The notes under the pieces are model-generated. The model did not search any database and was not told the origin of the DNA. It saw only the letters and a program-made list of their open reading frames with translations. This document shows positions 1-11,999 of a DNA stretch of 64,000 nucleotides, piece after piece. The stretch comes from Octopus vulgaris (taxonomy: Eukaryota), in NCBI GenBank assembly GCA_951406725.2, contig OX597818.1, positions 107,198,001 to 107,262,000 on the forward strand. The letters run 5' to 3'. Positions within the stretch are counted from its first letter, which is position 1. Each line of letters begins with the position of its first letter. The translations under genes and the position numbers were made by a program.

Positions 1-1323
1 TAAATATGTGTCAGGAATTATTACAGATTTTAAAACAAATGATATCAAATAATTATATTTTTCAGCTTGTAAAGTATTTCTGTTGAGAGAAAACAATCTG
101 TACAAAATTTGAGAATGGTGTATGCAATGATTTGCTAAATTTCTGTCTGCTCAGGAGCAGAGTTCGAATTAGAACCCGGTTGGTTGTCGCTTCATTCCAG
201 CAATATGGATGCAATGCAATCTGTTTGATGTACAACCTACTTTTTAAAACCCAGAGATATTCACTGGTTATTGCAGGGGAGATGCAGAAATGTACTGAAC
301 AATATGTAACAGTAATATTAACATCAGATGTATAAAAAAAAAGTAAATAAATGACATCTTAGATCAGCCAATATGACATGCTTCAGTGATGATAGCCGAA
401 CCACACTGAAATCAATAAAACAGAACATACTCTGACTTCACAGCAAATATCTAAAGCATTCAAATGCATTCACTAATAAATTTCGCTACAGTAATACAAT
501 TCACTGCAATGACTTCAATAGCATAAACACTATTAGTCCTTCTAGTAGTACAAGGTGAAAGTGCTAACATTACAACTAATAGATATTTAAAAGTTTGATA
601 ATGGAATAAAAACAAAAATGAAAATTTCACAGCAATTATTCCTTTTCACTGGGCAGAAGGTCAATTCTAGTGGAGGAGACTCTGTGGTAGGTGGCATAAA
701 ATCTGTTGATTTTATTTGTACTTCATTTATCAACTACAGATTATGTTGAATTGAATTTAGCTGTATATGAACTCAGCATAGTGAAGTACAGAATAGCTAG
801 TGTCTATAGCAAAGTCATCAATACTAACAACAGTTAATGGAGTCAACTAAAACATCTTCATTAATTAGAATTACACTCATGGTGAGGAGAAAGAATCATT
901 AGCTTAATGATCAATGCTGGACAATAAAAGCAAATGAGACAACACCAAACTAAAAATTGAATGCGGTGTAGTGTGTATGTGTGTGGAGATGAAAATCTTT
1001 ACAGTATGGTGACAACTCTGGACATGTTTCAGCCATATTAAGTCTCCTCAGTGCAATATAGTCATTTTAAAGGTATTTTACTACAGATGGTATTTTCTCT
1101 GTTATATTTTACTTACATTGGTACCAATAGAATTGTTTACTTTAAAATCAACAAATTTTAATAATAGGACATTTTAAAAGAGTGTTGAGTTGTTTTTCAA
1201 CATGTAGCCTCATTACCATTGATCAATGAGTCATGTCCATCGATTTAGGAGTATTTAAGAATACATTGTTTAAGGAGTGTTTCTAACAAGGAAAATAGGA
1301 TTTGTAGGAGATTTGGATACTAT

Positions 1324-1479
1324 AGTCACAGACATAGCTGAGTGGCAAAAAAATTGCTTTCCAACCACATGGTTTCAGGTTCAGTCCTAGTGCATGGCAC
1401 CTTGGGTGAGTGTCTTCTATTTTAACCTTGGGCTGACCAAAATCATGTCACTGGGTTTGGTAGATAGAAACTGAAAGTT
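1324..1479 (+). mobile_element. tRNA-derived SINE family A, 5' half (3' half displaced to 5675-5830)
   Basis: Aligns by eye to 61565-61725 (ccaaccacatggtt.caggttcagtcc...ttggtagat.gaaactgaaag) and ends at the SINE's internal (TA)n. Confidence 0.85.
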
Positions 1480-1539
1480 AAATATATATGCTTATATATA
1501 TATATATATAAAATATATATATATAAGGCAATTAGAAGC

Positions 1540-3156
1540 ATGAAAACAGGGAAAGCCCCAGGCCCATCAGGAATTACTGCAGAGATGCTCAAAATATCTG
1601 GTGGTGTCGGCTATAGCTTAGTCACCCGTATAGTTAACCAGGTGATACACGAGGGGGTCATACCCAATGACTGGTGTAGCAGCATAATAGTCAACTGCTA
1701 CAAAGGTAAAGGCGACGCCCTAGAGACAAATAACTACAGGGGCATCAAGCTGCTGGATCAGGTAATGAAGGTTACGGAGAGGGTTGTAGCCCAACTAATT
1801 AGAGAGAGAGTTACCTTAGATGATATGCAGTTTGGGTTCGTGCCAGGGAAAAGTACTACTGATGCTATATTCCTGGTAAGACAGCTGCAGGAGAAATACC
1901 TAGCCAAAGATAAGCCCTTGTACCTGGCTTTTGTTGACTTGGAGAAAGCCTTTGACAGGGTCCCCCGGTCCCTTATCTGGTGGTCAATGAGGAAACTAGG
2001 GATAGAAGAATGGTTGGTGAGAGCTGTGCAAGCCATGTACAGAGACGCTGCTAGTAAGGTGAGGGTGGGCAACGAGTACAGTGAAGAATTCCGGGTAGAG
2101 GTTGGGGTCCACCAAGGTTCAGTCCTCAGTCCCCTCCTATTTATCATAGTCCTCCAGGCAATAACGGAGGAATTCAAGACAGGTTGCCCCTGGGAGCTCC
2201 TCTATGCTGATGACCTTGCTCTAATTGCTGAGTCACTATCAGAACTGGAGGAGAAGTTCCAGGTGTGGAAACAAGGATTAGAATCGAAGGGCCTTAGAAT
2301 CAACCTAGCCAAAACCAAAGTTCTAATAAGTAGGAAGGTAGATCAATCACAAACGCCTACAGGTAGATGGCCCTGCTCGATCTGTAAAAAAGGTGTAGGT
2401 AGAAACTCTATAAGATGCACCAAGTGTAAGCTATGGACACATAAGAGGTGCAGCAATGTCAAAGGAAGGCTAACTAGGAAAATAGTTTTTGTCTGTGGCA
2501 AATGCTCAGGAGCAATAAACACTGGAAATATGCAGAGACCAACTTCTGCCACGTTCCAGGGAGACAAACTAGAAGTAGTTGATAGCTTCCGCTACCTAGG
2601 AGACCAAGTCAGTAGCGGGGGTGGGTGTGCTGAAAGTGTAACTGCTAGAGTAAGAATAGCCTGGGCAAAGTTTAGAGAGCTCTTACCCCTGCTGGTGACA
2701 AAAGGCCTCTCGCTCAGAGTAAAAGGCAGACTGTATGATGCATGTGTACGTACAGCCATGCTACATGGTAGTGAAACATGGGCCGTGACTGCTGAGGATA
2801 TGCGTAAGCTCGCAAGAAATGAAGCCAGTATGCTCCGATGGATGTGTAATGTCAGTGTTCATAATCGTCAGAGTGTAAGTTCCTTGAGAGAAAAGCTGAA
2901 CCTAAGAAGCGTCAGTTGTGGCGTGCAAGAGAGACGGCTGCGCTGGTATGGTCATGTGACAAGAAAGGCTGAAGATAGTTGTGTGCAAAAGTGCTACACC
3001 CTAGCAGTGGAGGGAACCTGTGGAAGAGGTAGACCCAGGAAAACCTGGGACGAGGTGGTGAAGCACGACCTTCGAACTTTAGGTCTCACTAAGGAAATGT
3101 CTAGAGACCGAGACCTATGGAAGTATGCTGTGCATGAGAAGACCCGGCAAGACTAG
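1540..3156 (+). CDS. Non-LTR retrotransposon reverse transcriptase (RTE clade), N-terminally truncated, with internal PHD-type zinc finger
   Basis: 538-aa stop-free ORF with RT motifs NYRGIKLL, QFGF, FVDLEKAFDRV, GVHQGSVLSPLLF, LLYADD, FRYLG, and RTE-type C-terminus RLRWYGHV...RGRPRKTW. No endonuclease (lost by 5' truncation). Confidence 0.95.
   Translation: MKTGKAPGPSGITAEMLKISGGVGYSLVTRIVNQVIHEGVIPNDWCSSIIVNCYKGKGDALETNNYRGIKLLDQVMKVTERVVAQLIRERVTLDDMQFGFVPGKSTTDAIFLVRQLQEKYLAKDKPLYLAFVDLEKAFDRVPRSLIWWSMRKLGIEEWLVRAVQAMYRDAASKVRVGNEYSEEFRVEVGVHQGSVLSPLLFIIVLQAITEEFKTGCPWELLYADDLALIAESLSELEEKFQVWKQGLESKGLRINLAKTKVLISRKVDQSQTPTGRWPCSICKKGVGRNSIRCTKCKLWTHKRCSNVKGRLTRKIVFVCGKCSGAINTGNMQRPTSATFQGDKLEVVDSFRYLGDQVSSGGGCAESVTARVRIAWAKFRELLPLLVTKGLSLRVKGRLYDACVRTAMLHGSETWAVTAEDMRKLARNEASMLRWMCNVSVHNRQSVSSLREKLNLRSVSCGVQERRLRWYGHVTRKAEDSCVQKCYTLAVEGTCGRGRPRKTWDEVVKHDLRTLGLTKEMSRDRDLWKYAVHEKTRQD
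2374..2505 (+). other. PHD-type (C4HC3) zinc finger coding segment inside the RT
   Basis: CSIC-x10-CTKC-x4-HKRC-x14-CGKC, lying between GLRINLAKTKVL and LEVVDSFRYLG. Confidence 0.85.
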
Positions 3157-4745
3157 TCAGGCCATAACCCGTGGCCCCGACTTGGGACGTAGTCAGTCCT
3201 GTGCATACCTTCCTTCTTGTGACACTTATAAAGACCTGTTGAGGCAAGTGAAAATCAAATCAAATCAAAACAAATCAAAATAGATGAACATCAGTGGAAT
3301 TGTATTCTTTGTGGTACCAGTGCCGGTGGCACACAAGAAAACCACCCAAACGTGGCCGTAACCAGTACCGCATCGACTGGCCTCCGTGCTGTGGGCACAA
3401 CAAACACCATCCGATCGTGGCCGTTCGCCAGCCTCATCTGGCACCTGTGCCGGTGGCACATAAAGACACCATCCGAAGACCCGGCGACGTAGTCAGTCCA
3501 CCTGTGCATACCTTCCCTCTTATGACACTTGTGAAGACCTGTTGAGGCAAGTGTGTGACACTTGTGAAGACCTGTTGAGGCAGAGGCAAGTGTGTGACAC
3601 TTGTGGAGACCTGTTGAGGCAAGTGTGTGACCCGTGTGAAGACCTGTTGAGGCAAGTGAAAATCAAACCAAATCAAATCAAAATAGATGAATATCAATGG
3701 AATTTGTATCTTTGTGGTTCCAGTACCGGTGGCACACAAGAAAACCATCCGAACGTGGCCGTAGCTGGTACCGCATCGACTGGCCTCCGTTCTGTGGGCA
3801 AAACAAACACCATCTGATCGTGGCCGTTCGCCAGCCTCACCTGGCACCTGTGTCGGTGGCACATAAAAACACCATCCAAAGACCCGGCGACGTAGTCAGT
3901 CCACCTGTGCATACCTTCCCTCTTATGACACTTGTGAAGACCTGTTGAGGCAGAGGCAAGTGTGTGACACTTTGTGAAGACCTGTTGAGGCAGAGGCAAG
4001 TGTGTGACACTTGTGGAGACCTGTTGAGGCAAGTGTGTGACACGCGTGACACTTGTGAAGACCTGTTGAGGCAAGTGAAAATCAAACCAAATCAAAATAG
4101 ATGAACATCAATGGAATTTGTATCTTTGTGGTTCCAGTACCGGTGGCACACAAGAAAACCATCCGATCGTGGCCGTTCGCCAGCCACATCTGGCACCTGT
4201 GTCGGTGGCACATAAAGACACCATCCGAAGACCCGGCGACGTAGACAGTCCACCTGTGCATACCTTCCTTCTTGTGACACTTGTGAAGACCTGTTGAGGC
4301 AAGTGAAAATCAAAAAAAAAATCAAATCAAATCAAAACAAATCAAAATAGATGAACATAAATGGAATTTGTATCTTTGTGGTACCAGTGCCGGTGGCACA
4401 CAAGAAAATCATCCGAACGTGGCCGTAGCCAGTACCGCATAGACTGGCCTCCGTGCTTTGGGGACGTAACAAACACCATCCGATCGTGGCCGTCCGCCAG
4501 CCTCATCTGGCACCTGTGTCGGTGGCACATAAAAACACCATCCGAGCGTGGCCGTCTGCCAGCCTCGTCTGGCACCTGCCAGCCTCATCTGGAACCTGTG
4601 TCGGTGGCACATAAAAACACCATCCGAGCGTGGCCGTCTGCCAGCCTCGTCTGGCACCTGTGTCGGTGGCACATAAAAACACCATCCGAGCGTGGCCGTT
4701 CGCCAGCCTCGTCTGGCACCTGTGTCGGTGGCACATAAAATCACC
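3157..4745 (+). repeat. Hierarchical tandem repeats in the RTE 3' UTR (four ~300-400 bp modules, nested ~32-bp and 62-bp units)
   Basis: Module start cccggcgacgtagtcagtccacctgtgcatacc at ~3177, 3479, 3882, 4231. Unit gtgacacttgtgaagacctgttgaggcaagtgt repeated at 3522-3657 and 3926-4077. Exact 62-bp period of ggtggcacataaaa at 4603, 4665, 4727. Confidence 0.95.
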
Positions 4746-4915
4746 CACTACACTCTCGGAGTGGTTGGCGTTAGGAAGGGCATCCAGCTGTAGAAACACT
4801 GCCAGATCTGACTGGCCTGGTGCAGCCTTCGGGCTCCCCAGACCCCAGTTGAACCGTCCAACCCATGCTAGCATGGAAAACGGACGCTAAATGATGATGA
4901 TGATGATGATGATGA

Positions 4916-5555
<640 letters not shown>

Positions 5556-5562
5556 TATATAT

Positions 5563-5596
<34 letters not shown>

Positions 5597-5672
5597 ACAT
5601 TTAACGTCCATTTTTCCTGGTGGCATGGGTTGAACAGCTTGAGAGGAACTGGCAAGACCAGGAACTGCACTG
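5563..5672 (-). mobile_element. RTE 3'-terminal fragment with (ATC)n tail
   Basis: Reverse complement of the 4850-4918 terminus (tttaacgtccatttt...gcatgggttg). Confidence 0.8.
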
Positions 5673-5674
5673 GG

Positions 5675-5830
5675 GTTGGTTTGTTTATATTCCCATAACT
5701 TAACAGTTCAGCAAAAGAGACTAAGAAAATGAGTAAAACATAAGTCCTGGGATTAATTCATTCATCAAAAATCCTAAAGGCTAGGGTTCTAGAATAGTTG
5801 CAGTCTAATGACTGATACAAATAAAAAGAA
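5675..5830 (+). mobile_element. SINE family A, 3' half
   Basis: Matches 61808-61965 (tgttta.at.ccc.taactta.c.gttc.gcaaaagagac...gcagtc.aatgactga.acaa.taaaa). Confidence 0.8.
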
Positions 5831-5889
5831 AAGGGGGGTTAAAACCCTCACAGTTCCCTGAGAGAATTTCATTTTGCACTGGAATCCTA

Positions 5890-6066
5890 TCAGATTCCAA
5901 TGAGACTTTCATCTCTTTCAGAGTGTTTCAATAAAATAGATTCCATAAATTTACTGGGAGGCCAATCATTGATGCAAACACTCTGGCCAAACTCCAATGT
6001 TTTCCCCACCAACTCTGGACTCTGTAGATGTTCAAACACTATTTTGGTTGAATTTGCTTCCTTGCT
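5890..6066 (-). other. Possible terminal coding exon of an unidentified gene (58 aa plus stop)
   Basis: Minus-strand acceptor gtttgtttctttag| followed by an open frame SKEANSTKIVFEHLQSPELVGKTLEFGQSVCINDWPPSKFMESILLKHSERDESLIGI*. No recognisable homology and no partner exon found. Confidence 0.2.
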
Positions 6067-6363
6067 CTAAAGAAACAAACAAACATCACACATTCTTGCA
6101 TACTATAAAATTATATAAAACTATTTTAAATTGGATATAAAATAAGTTCTAAAACAATTTTGATACACAGGTTAGACAACGAAAGGATCACCACTTAATT
6201 CAGTTTCATTTTCATGTTATATTAGAATCTGAAAACAGTAGATCCTCCACTGGGCCACAGCTCAGATAAAGTTTATCAATCAGCTTACTGAACCAGTATT
6301 TACACTGTCACCTCAGTCACCCACCTTCCTTATGGATCAAACAGCCTGGGTGTTACGGAGACT

Positions 6364-6921
6364 CATCATCATCATCATCGTCATCGTTTAACATCCACTT
6401 TCCATGCTAGCATGGTTGGATGATTTTGACTGAGGGCTGGTGAACCAGATGGCTGCACCAGGCTCCAGACTTGATCTGGCAGAGTTTCTACAGCTGGATG
6501 CCCTTCCTAACGCCAACTACTCTGAGAGTGTAGTGGGTGCTTTTTATGTGCCACCTGCACGGAGGCCAGTCAGGCAGTACTGGCAATGACCTCACTCAAA
6601 TCTTTTTACACATTTCACTGGCACAAGTGCCAGTAAGGCGATGCTGGTAATGATCACGCACGAATGGTGCCCTCTGGCAACGATCATACTTGGATGGTGC
6701 TCTTGGCACCCTACTAGCACTGGCACAAGTGCTAGTAAGGCGACGCTGGTAACAATCACACTCGAATGGTGCTTTTTTATGTGCCACTGGCACGGAAGCC
6801 GGTTAGCTGCTCTGTCAATGATCACACTCGTATGGTGCTCTTTGCACCCTGCTAGCACGGATGCCAGTCATCGAATTGATTTTGATTTTGATTTCACTTG
6901 CCTCAACAGGTCTTCACAAGC
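6364..6921 (-). mobile_element. RTE 3' UTR fragment
   Basis: (ATC)n tail, then cagctggatgcccttcctaacgccaac core and degenerate 3' UTR units ending in cacttgcctcaacaggtcttcacaag. Confidence 0.9.
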
Positions 6922-7055
6922 AGAGTTAAAGCTGAATATTCAGAAAAAAGGACATGGCATCAGAACACCCAAACTTCATATCAGAACCACAACATTGACA
7001 GGAATATTTTGCAAGACTTTCATGAAATTTAGAGAGTGAACAATTATGAGTGTAG

Positions 7056-7420
7056 AGGTGCAGGTGTGGCTAGGTGCTAAGAAGCTTGTTTCTCAGCCAA
7101 TGGTTCTGGGTTCAGTCTCACTATGTAGAACGTTGGACAAGTGTCTTGTACTACAGCCCCAGGCTGACCAAAGCTGAGTGGATTTGGCAGATGGAAACTG
7201 AAAGCAGTCTGTCCTATGTGTGTTTGTGTTTGTGTTCGTCCCCCTACCACCACCACTTCACAACTGGTGTTGATGTGTCTATGTCCCTATAACTTGGCAA
7301 TTTGGCAAAAGAAACCGATAGAATAATCCTTGGGTCAATCCCTTCGACTAAGCATTCTTCAAGGTGGGCGGTGCCCCAGCATGGCCACAGTCAAATCACT
7401 GAAACAAGTAAAAGATAAAG
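7056..7420 (+). mobile_element. SINE family A, near full length
   Basis: tRNA-like head, internal (TG) tract, 3' tail ggcggtgccccagcatggccacagtcaaat.actgaaacaagtaaaag. Confidence 0.88.
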
Positions 7421-9161
7421 AACAGATAATTTTTACATTTTGTTTGAACATTTTTCTCTTGTTGTAAAATTCCCATCAGCATTACTGGATTGAAACGCCA
7501 TTTGGCATGCAAAGAATAGGGGAAGGGTAAAGCCAATTTTAAGCAACCCCAAGAATTTAATGAATGAATAAATTGACTCCAAATAACCAAAATAAAAGAA
7601 TCAGTGAATTGCCTTGCCAGGAGACAGAATCAAATACCTCATAAAGATAGGAACACATATCTCACCATCTAAAATCCATTTTTGCATTAAACCAACAATT
7701 TTGTCTTTTAAGACTTTCTTGTATACTTTTAATAACAACATTTACCAATAATAACAACGCTGGCCAATAATCAATTCCCATTTAACGAATCGTTGAATTA
7801 CACCTCTCATATTACTTTCCACAACATACTTTTAAATTGTCTTTAACACATTTAGCTTCAGCGTAGAAATTGATTGATTCTAGACACATTTTCTTCTAAT
7901 TATAATTATTTAAAGTAATGACCACGCACATTTTAAGATAGTCTTGTTGTGGACATGCTAGAAGGAGGGCAAAAAAAGAAATGTAACTCATCAATTTTTG
8001 GCAAGAATATTATTGGAGTGTTTGGAACACTATTAATAATAAGTCATAGCAGTGGATGGAGTGTTTTACAACACATATATTGTAACACGAATGTGTTTTA
8101 TGATGTTTGTGGAGGAGTGTGTATAGGTAGGATTGTGTGTCTGTGTATGTGTATGAGTGTGTGTGCATGTGCGTGCATGCACATGTGTGTGAATGCACAT
8201 GTGTGTGAATGTGTATGTGTATACTTATAAACATATTGTGAATTATGTGTGTTTGTGTTCTAGAATAAGGAAATGCAATCTTGTTATTTTCTATCAATAC
8301 GTCCAACTTTGAGCCCAAATTACCCCAAGAAAGGTGTTCTACTGCTACCATCACCCCATAGTCCCTTCTAGCTTATTTGATCAAGGAAATATTGCCATTA
8401 GTTTTTGATCAATGATAGCTTGCCAGAATGGTGGAAGAGAAGAAATTCACAATGTGCCAATACCATATTAAAGATAATCATTTTGATTTTAGTCAATATT
8501 AATTATGCTTTGACTCTACTAACTAGTCTTCTAAAAATAATGAAATGAAACGGCTACTGTTGTATATGAATGCCCAGCTCATAAATGTACGTTGAAGACT
8601 TTGATATCAAATAATATATATTATTATAGCAAGATAAGTGAATACAGCAGTGAAATCTGTGTCTTGATAAAGTCAACTTATCATCTGGAATTAACTCACT
8701 TACCAAACTAGAATGAGTTGAGAAATAAATAAATTTTCATAAAATATTTTGAAGGAATGTATTTTTACAATAACAAACTAGTAAACAAAATGTTCAAATC
8801 CAAAAATTGGTATAAAGCTGATTCCTTCTGTCTGTCACAACAGGTAGTCTGTTGAGATATTTAAGGAAAGCCGCATTCTTACCCTTGACACCAGTAAAGA
8901 TTTTGGCCATGTCAAGTATAAACACACTTTATGGTTCTATCTATCTTTCTACTCTTGGATCAGAAGATTTTTTTTTACCTTTATATTATTAATTCTGGTG
9001 TTTTACAAGGTTTAATCATCTTCCATACTTTTTCCTTTGTGCATCAATGAATTTTTGAGTTCTTACTTCTAAATAACATCCCCAACCCTCAAAAAAGGCA
9101 AAACATCCCTACCCTTCAAAAAAAGGCAAAGCAAATAAAACCAGGGACAATAATACAATTA

Positions 9162-10638
9162 TTCTGGTAAACAAAGATTTCCCATCAGAGTTGATTTGGG
9201 GTTGACCAGAAAATGTTTTGATTCTTACTTCAAAGTTGTCTTTAGCTTTTGCTAGAAGCACATTTAAATTTTAAGATCAGGCCAATAATTATATTACAAT
9301 TATATTTGAAATATTTTGTATTTTTTTCAAATATTTTCTGAATTCAGTACTATTTAATCAGAACACGGAATGAATGTGAAAACCATCTAAACCATTTCTG
9401 CTATGTTTCTGGCAATTTTTTGATGAAATATCACAATGGTTTTATGAAATTTCACAAGATGACAATGAGGATTTTGGTTGTCATAGAGATGGCCAAGACA
9501 ATCAGTTTCCACTACTTTAAATCGGTTCTGCTTGAACAAAAAAACACAATCAATGACCTTTGCCATCCCCACTCTCTAAAGAGAACAGAGATCATCATAC
9601 TGGCAGCTGTTTTTGCAATGATAACATAACTGGTTTTTTTTTTTTTTTGAAAAGAACAAACGCACGATTATTTATCCAAAGATGAACTCAGCAGACCAGC
9701 ATGGGGAAGGAAGCAATTCCTATTTTCTCTCAAATGGTAGACTAATTTCTGTGGTTGATCAACTGGACAGTGATGAAGGTGGAAATGTTGAATGTGTTGG
9801 ACTTTCTACATTTCTAAATACATACCTGAATAATATTTGTAACCAAGAAGGGTTTTTTTGAATGCTCTTGTTAAAAGTCTTCCAGTCTAAAGAGAAGAAA
9901 TTTTTGGCATTCAGACTTGAGGAAAATAAGTTCCTTGAAAGAGCAAGTGAGAGGCAATCAAAACTAAAATTTTAATTTGGCAACATTCTTTAAAGTAGAT
10001 GATTCACACTAAAATTCCATCAATGAATTATTTGCGGACTTGTTACCCATTCATAGAATATCTGACTTCTGTCAAAGAAGCTTTAAGGAACTTGTACTGC
10101 ATAATAAGTGTGTAAAGCCATGCATTTCATTGCTCACCCCAGCCACGTAAAATGCACCTCTTATCATCAAGATTTCTTTCCAGAAAATCTTGTGGTAAGT
10201 AATGAGCAAGAAGAATGCCTTCCATCAAGATCTTCACCCAATCCATAGACATGAAACAAGATGTTTTTAAATGAAAGAATGATGGTTGATTATTGCTGGA
10301 TGTCATTTGGCATCCACCTGATCAAACAAATAGGAAAAAGTAAACTTGCAATGCTTGAAAAATAAATTATATATCGTCCATTCTTCAACTACATCTAATT
10401 AGTTAAATAGGAATTATCAAACGGATGCTGTGCTTTGGTTCAAGGAATAAATTTTGTATAGAATTTAATTAATACACCTTAAGTATTGATAAAAATTGGA
10501 GGCAATGAAACTATCATATTTCAAAAAATAGATATGCTGGGATAAAACTAAAGTCCTATTTGGAATTAGCATCCATATTGCAAAGACACTAATTTCGTCT
10601 CCAACTGAAAACAAAAGCTTTTATTTTGTTGACCAGTG
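9162..10638 (+). mobile_element. Degraded, internally deleted DNA transposon, Chapaev3/CMC-like
   Basis: Right TIR ttttgttgaccagtg (rc CACTGGTCAACAAAA) and decayed left ttctggtaaacaaa. Frame-broken transposase motifs: CENHLNHFCYVSG (~9375), NALVKSL..SKEK..LAFRLEENKFL (~9860), RSFKELVLHN (~10077), FHQDL...MMVDYCWM (~10220-10303). Superfamily assignment is from recalled motifs. Confidence 0.7.
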
Positions 10639-10646
10639 TTATTATA

Positions 10647-10742
10647 GGTACAGGCATTGCTGTGTGGTTAAAAAGAGCATTTCATAATCACAGGGTCAAA
10701 GGCTTCAGTCCATTGACTAGCACCTTGGGCAAGTATTTTCTC
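10647..10742 (+). mobile_element. SINE family A, 5' fragment
   Basis: ggtacaggcattgctgtgtggt...ttcagtcca...caccttgggcaagt. Confidence 0.7.
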
Positions 10743-10770
10743 GTGTTGCTTTGCATCAGTTGTTATGTAA

Positions 10771-10890
10771 GTATGTATGTCATTATTCAGTTTTATTTCA
10801 AGATTTCTTGCCAATAGAGAAAGAACCGGTTTCTAGCCTAGATCCAAGGCTCCATTATTGGAATTTTAACATTAACAACAAGGTATTTTT
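10771..10890 (-). mobile_element. Probable 3' end of an R4/Dong-like (RLE) LINE embedded in (TATG)n
   Basis: Minus strand ends ...cttgaaataaaactgaataatgacatacatac, resembling the Dong-like terminus at 17027 (aaataaaactactgaataat). Flanked by (TATG)n on both sides. Confidence 0.55.
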
Positions 10891-11012
10891 GTATGTATGT
10901 ATTATGTATGTGTGTGTATGTATTGTATGTATGTATTATGTATGTGTGTGTGTAGGTATATATGCATGTATATGTATGTATGCGTGTGTACATATGTGTT
11001 TGTAAGTATGTA

Positions 11013-11350
11013 TATGTCCGCTTTCCACCCTATTATGGGTTGGACGATTTTGACTGAGGGCTGGCAAACCAGATGGCTGCACCTGACTCCAATCCTGTCA
11101 GATCAAGATTGGATGGCTGGAAAACAATGTTTTATCATTGTTACGATGACCAGCAGCACAACTACAAAGTCTAGCATCAGTACACCCCCACCCACTCACA
11201 CTACCACAACTACTACCACTACCATCCCCATCATCCCCACCATCACCACTACCTTCCTTTTTCGTCTAAAAGAGACTTCATCGTCATCATCATCGTTTTA
11301 TGTCTTCCTTCCATGCTGGCATGGGTTGGATGGTTTCACAGGAGCTGGTC
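11013..11350 (-). mobile_element. Two short RTE 3'-terminal fragments (11013-11100, 11278-11350)
   Basis: tccgctttcca...atgggttggacgattttgactgagggctgg and catcatcgttt...ccatgctggcatgggttgga. Confidence 0.75.
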
Positions 11351-11721
11351 CTTCATCATTATCTTCTTCTTCTCCTCCTCTTCCTTCTTCTCTGTCTTCC
11401 CTGCTTCTCTCCCTATTCCTCTCCTGCCTTTGCCCCTCCTCCACCCACCTTCATCTTTAACATTCCCTCTCACTATCAACTCCCTCACCATATTCCTTAT
11501 CCCCACCTTCAAACTATTTATACAAATCTTAACTTCCAGCTTTAATTTAATATAAATATTTAGCCAATATAAAACATTGTGTTGCCCTTTCTCTTCATAT
11601 CCCTCTTGTACTTACAATTATATTTGTGTTATTTCTTTGATTTTTCAAATCTAATTATATTTCAAATATAATCAACACAAAACACGTATATTAAAGGGAC
11701 TACACAACGATTTCTGCTCAG

Positions 11722-11872
11722 CTTCTTCTTCTTCTTCTTCTTCTTCTTCTTCTTCTTCTTCTTCTTCTTCTTCTTCTTCTTCTTCTTCTTCTTCTTCTTC
11801 TTCTTCTTCTTCTTCTTCTTCTTCTTCTTCTTCTTCTTCTTCTTCTTCTTCTTCTTCTTCTTCTTCTTCTTC
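11722..11872. repeat. (CTT)n microsatellite, ~50 units
   Basis: Directly visible, uninterrupted. Confidence 0.98.
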
Positions 11873-11967
11873 TGCTCCTGCTCCTGCTCCTCCTCCTCCT
11901 TCTTGAAATGCACATAGTAGAATGCATGTGTTTAGTGCATGTATTTATGAATCCATTTATATATATC

Positions 11968-11999
<32 letters not shown>

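Noticed and set aside
1011-1060. Hammerhead-like CTGAGGA...GAAACATGTC on the minus strand
   Set aside because: Core and palindromic stem III are present, but stems I and II do not pair and no partner arm was found; at best a decayed relic.
1758-2567. Antisense ORFs within the RT (also 30913-31506)
   Set aside because: Shadow frames of the RT coding strand.
3265-4890. Many overlapping 60-140 aa ORFs
   Set aside because: Products of the GC-rich repeated RTE 3' UTR, with no protein motifs.
11662-11927. Poly-K/poly-R ORFs, and other YI/CV/HT/LSIY/poly-N/poly-D ORFs across the window
   Set aside because: Translations of microsatellites.
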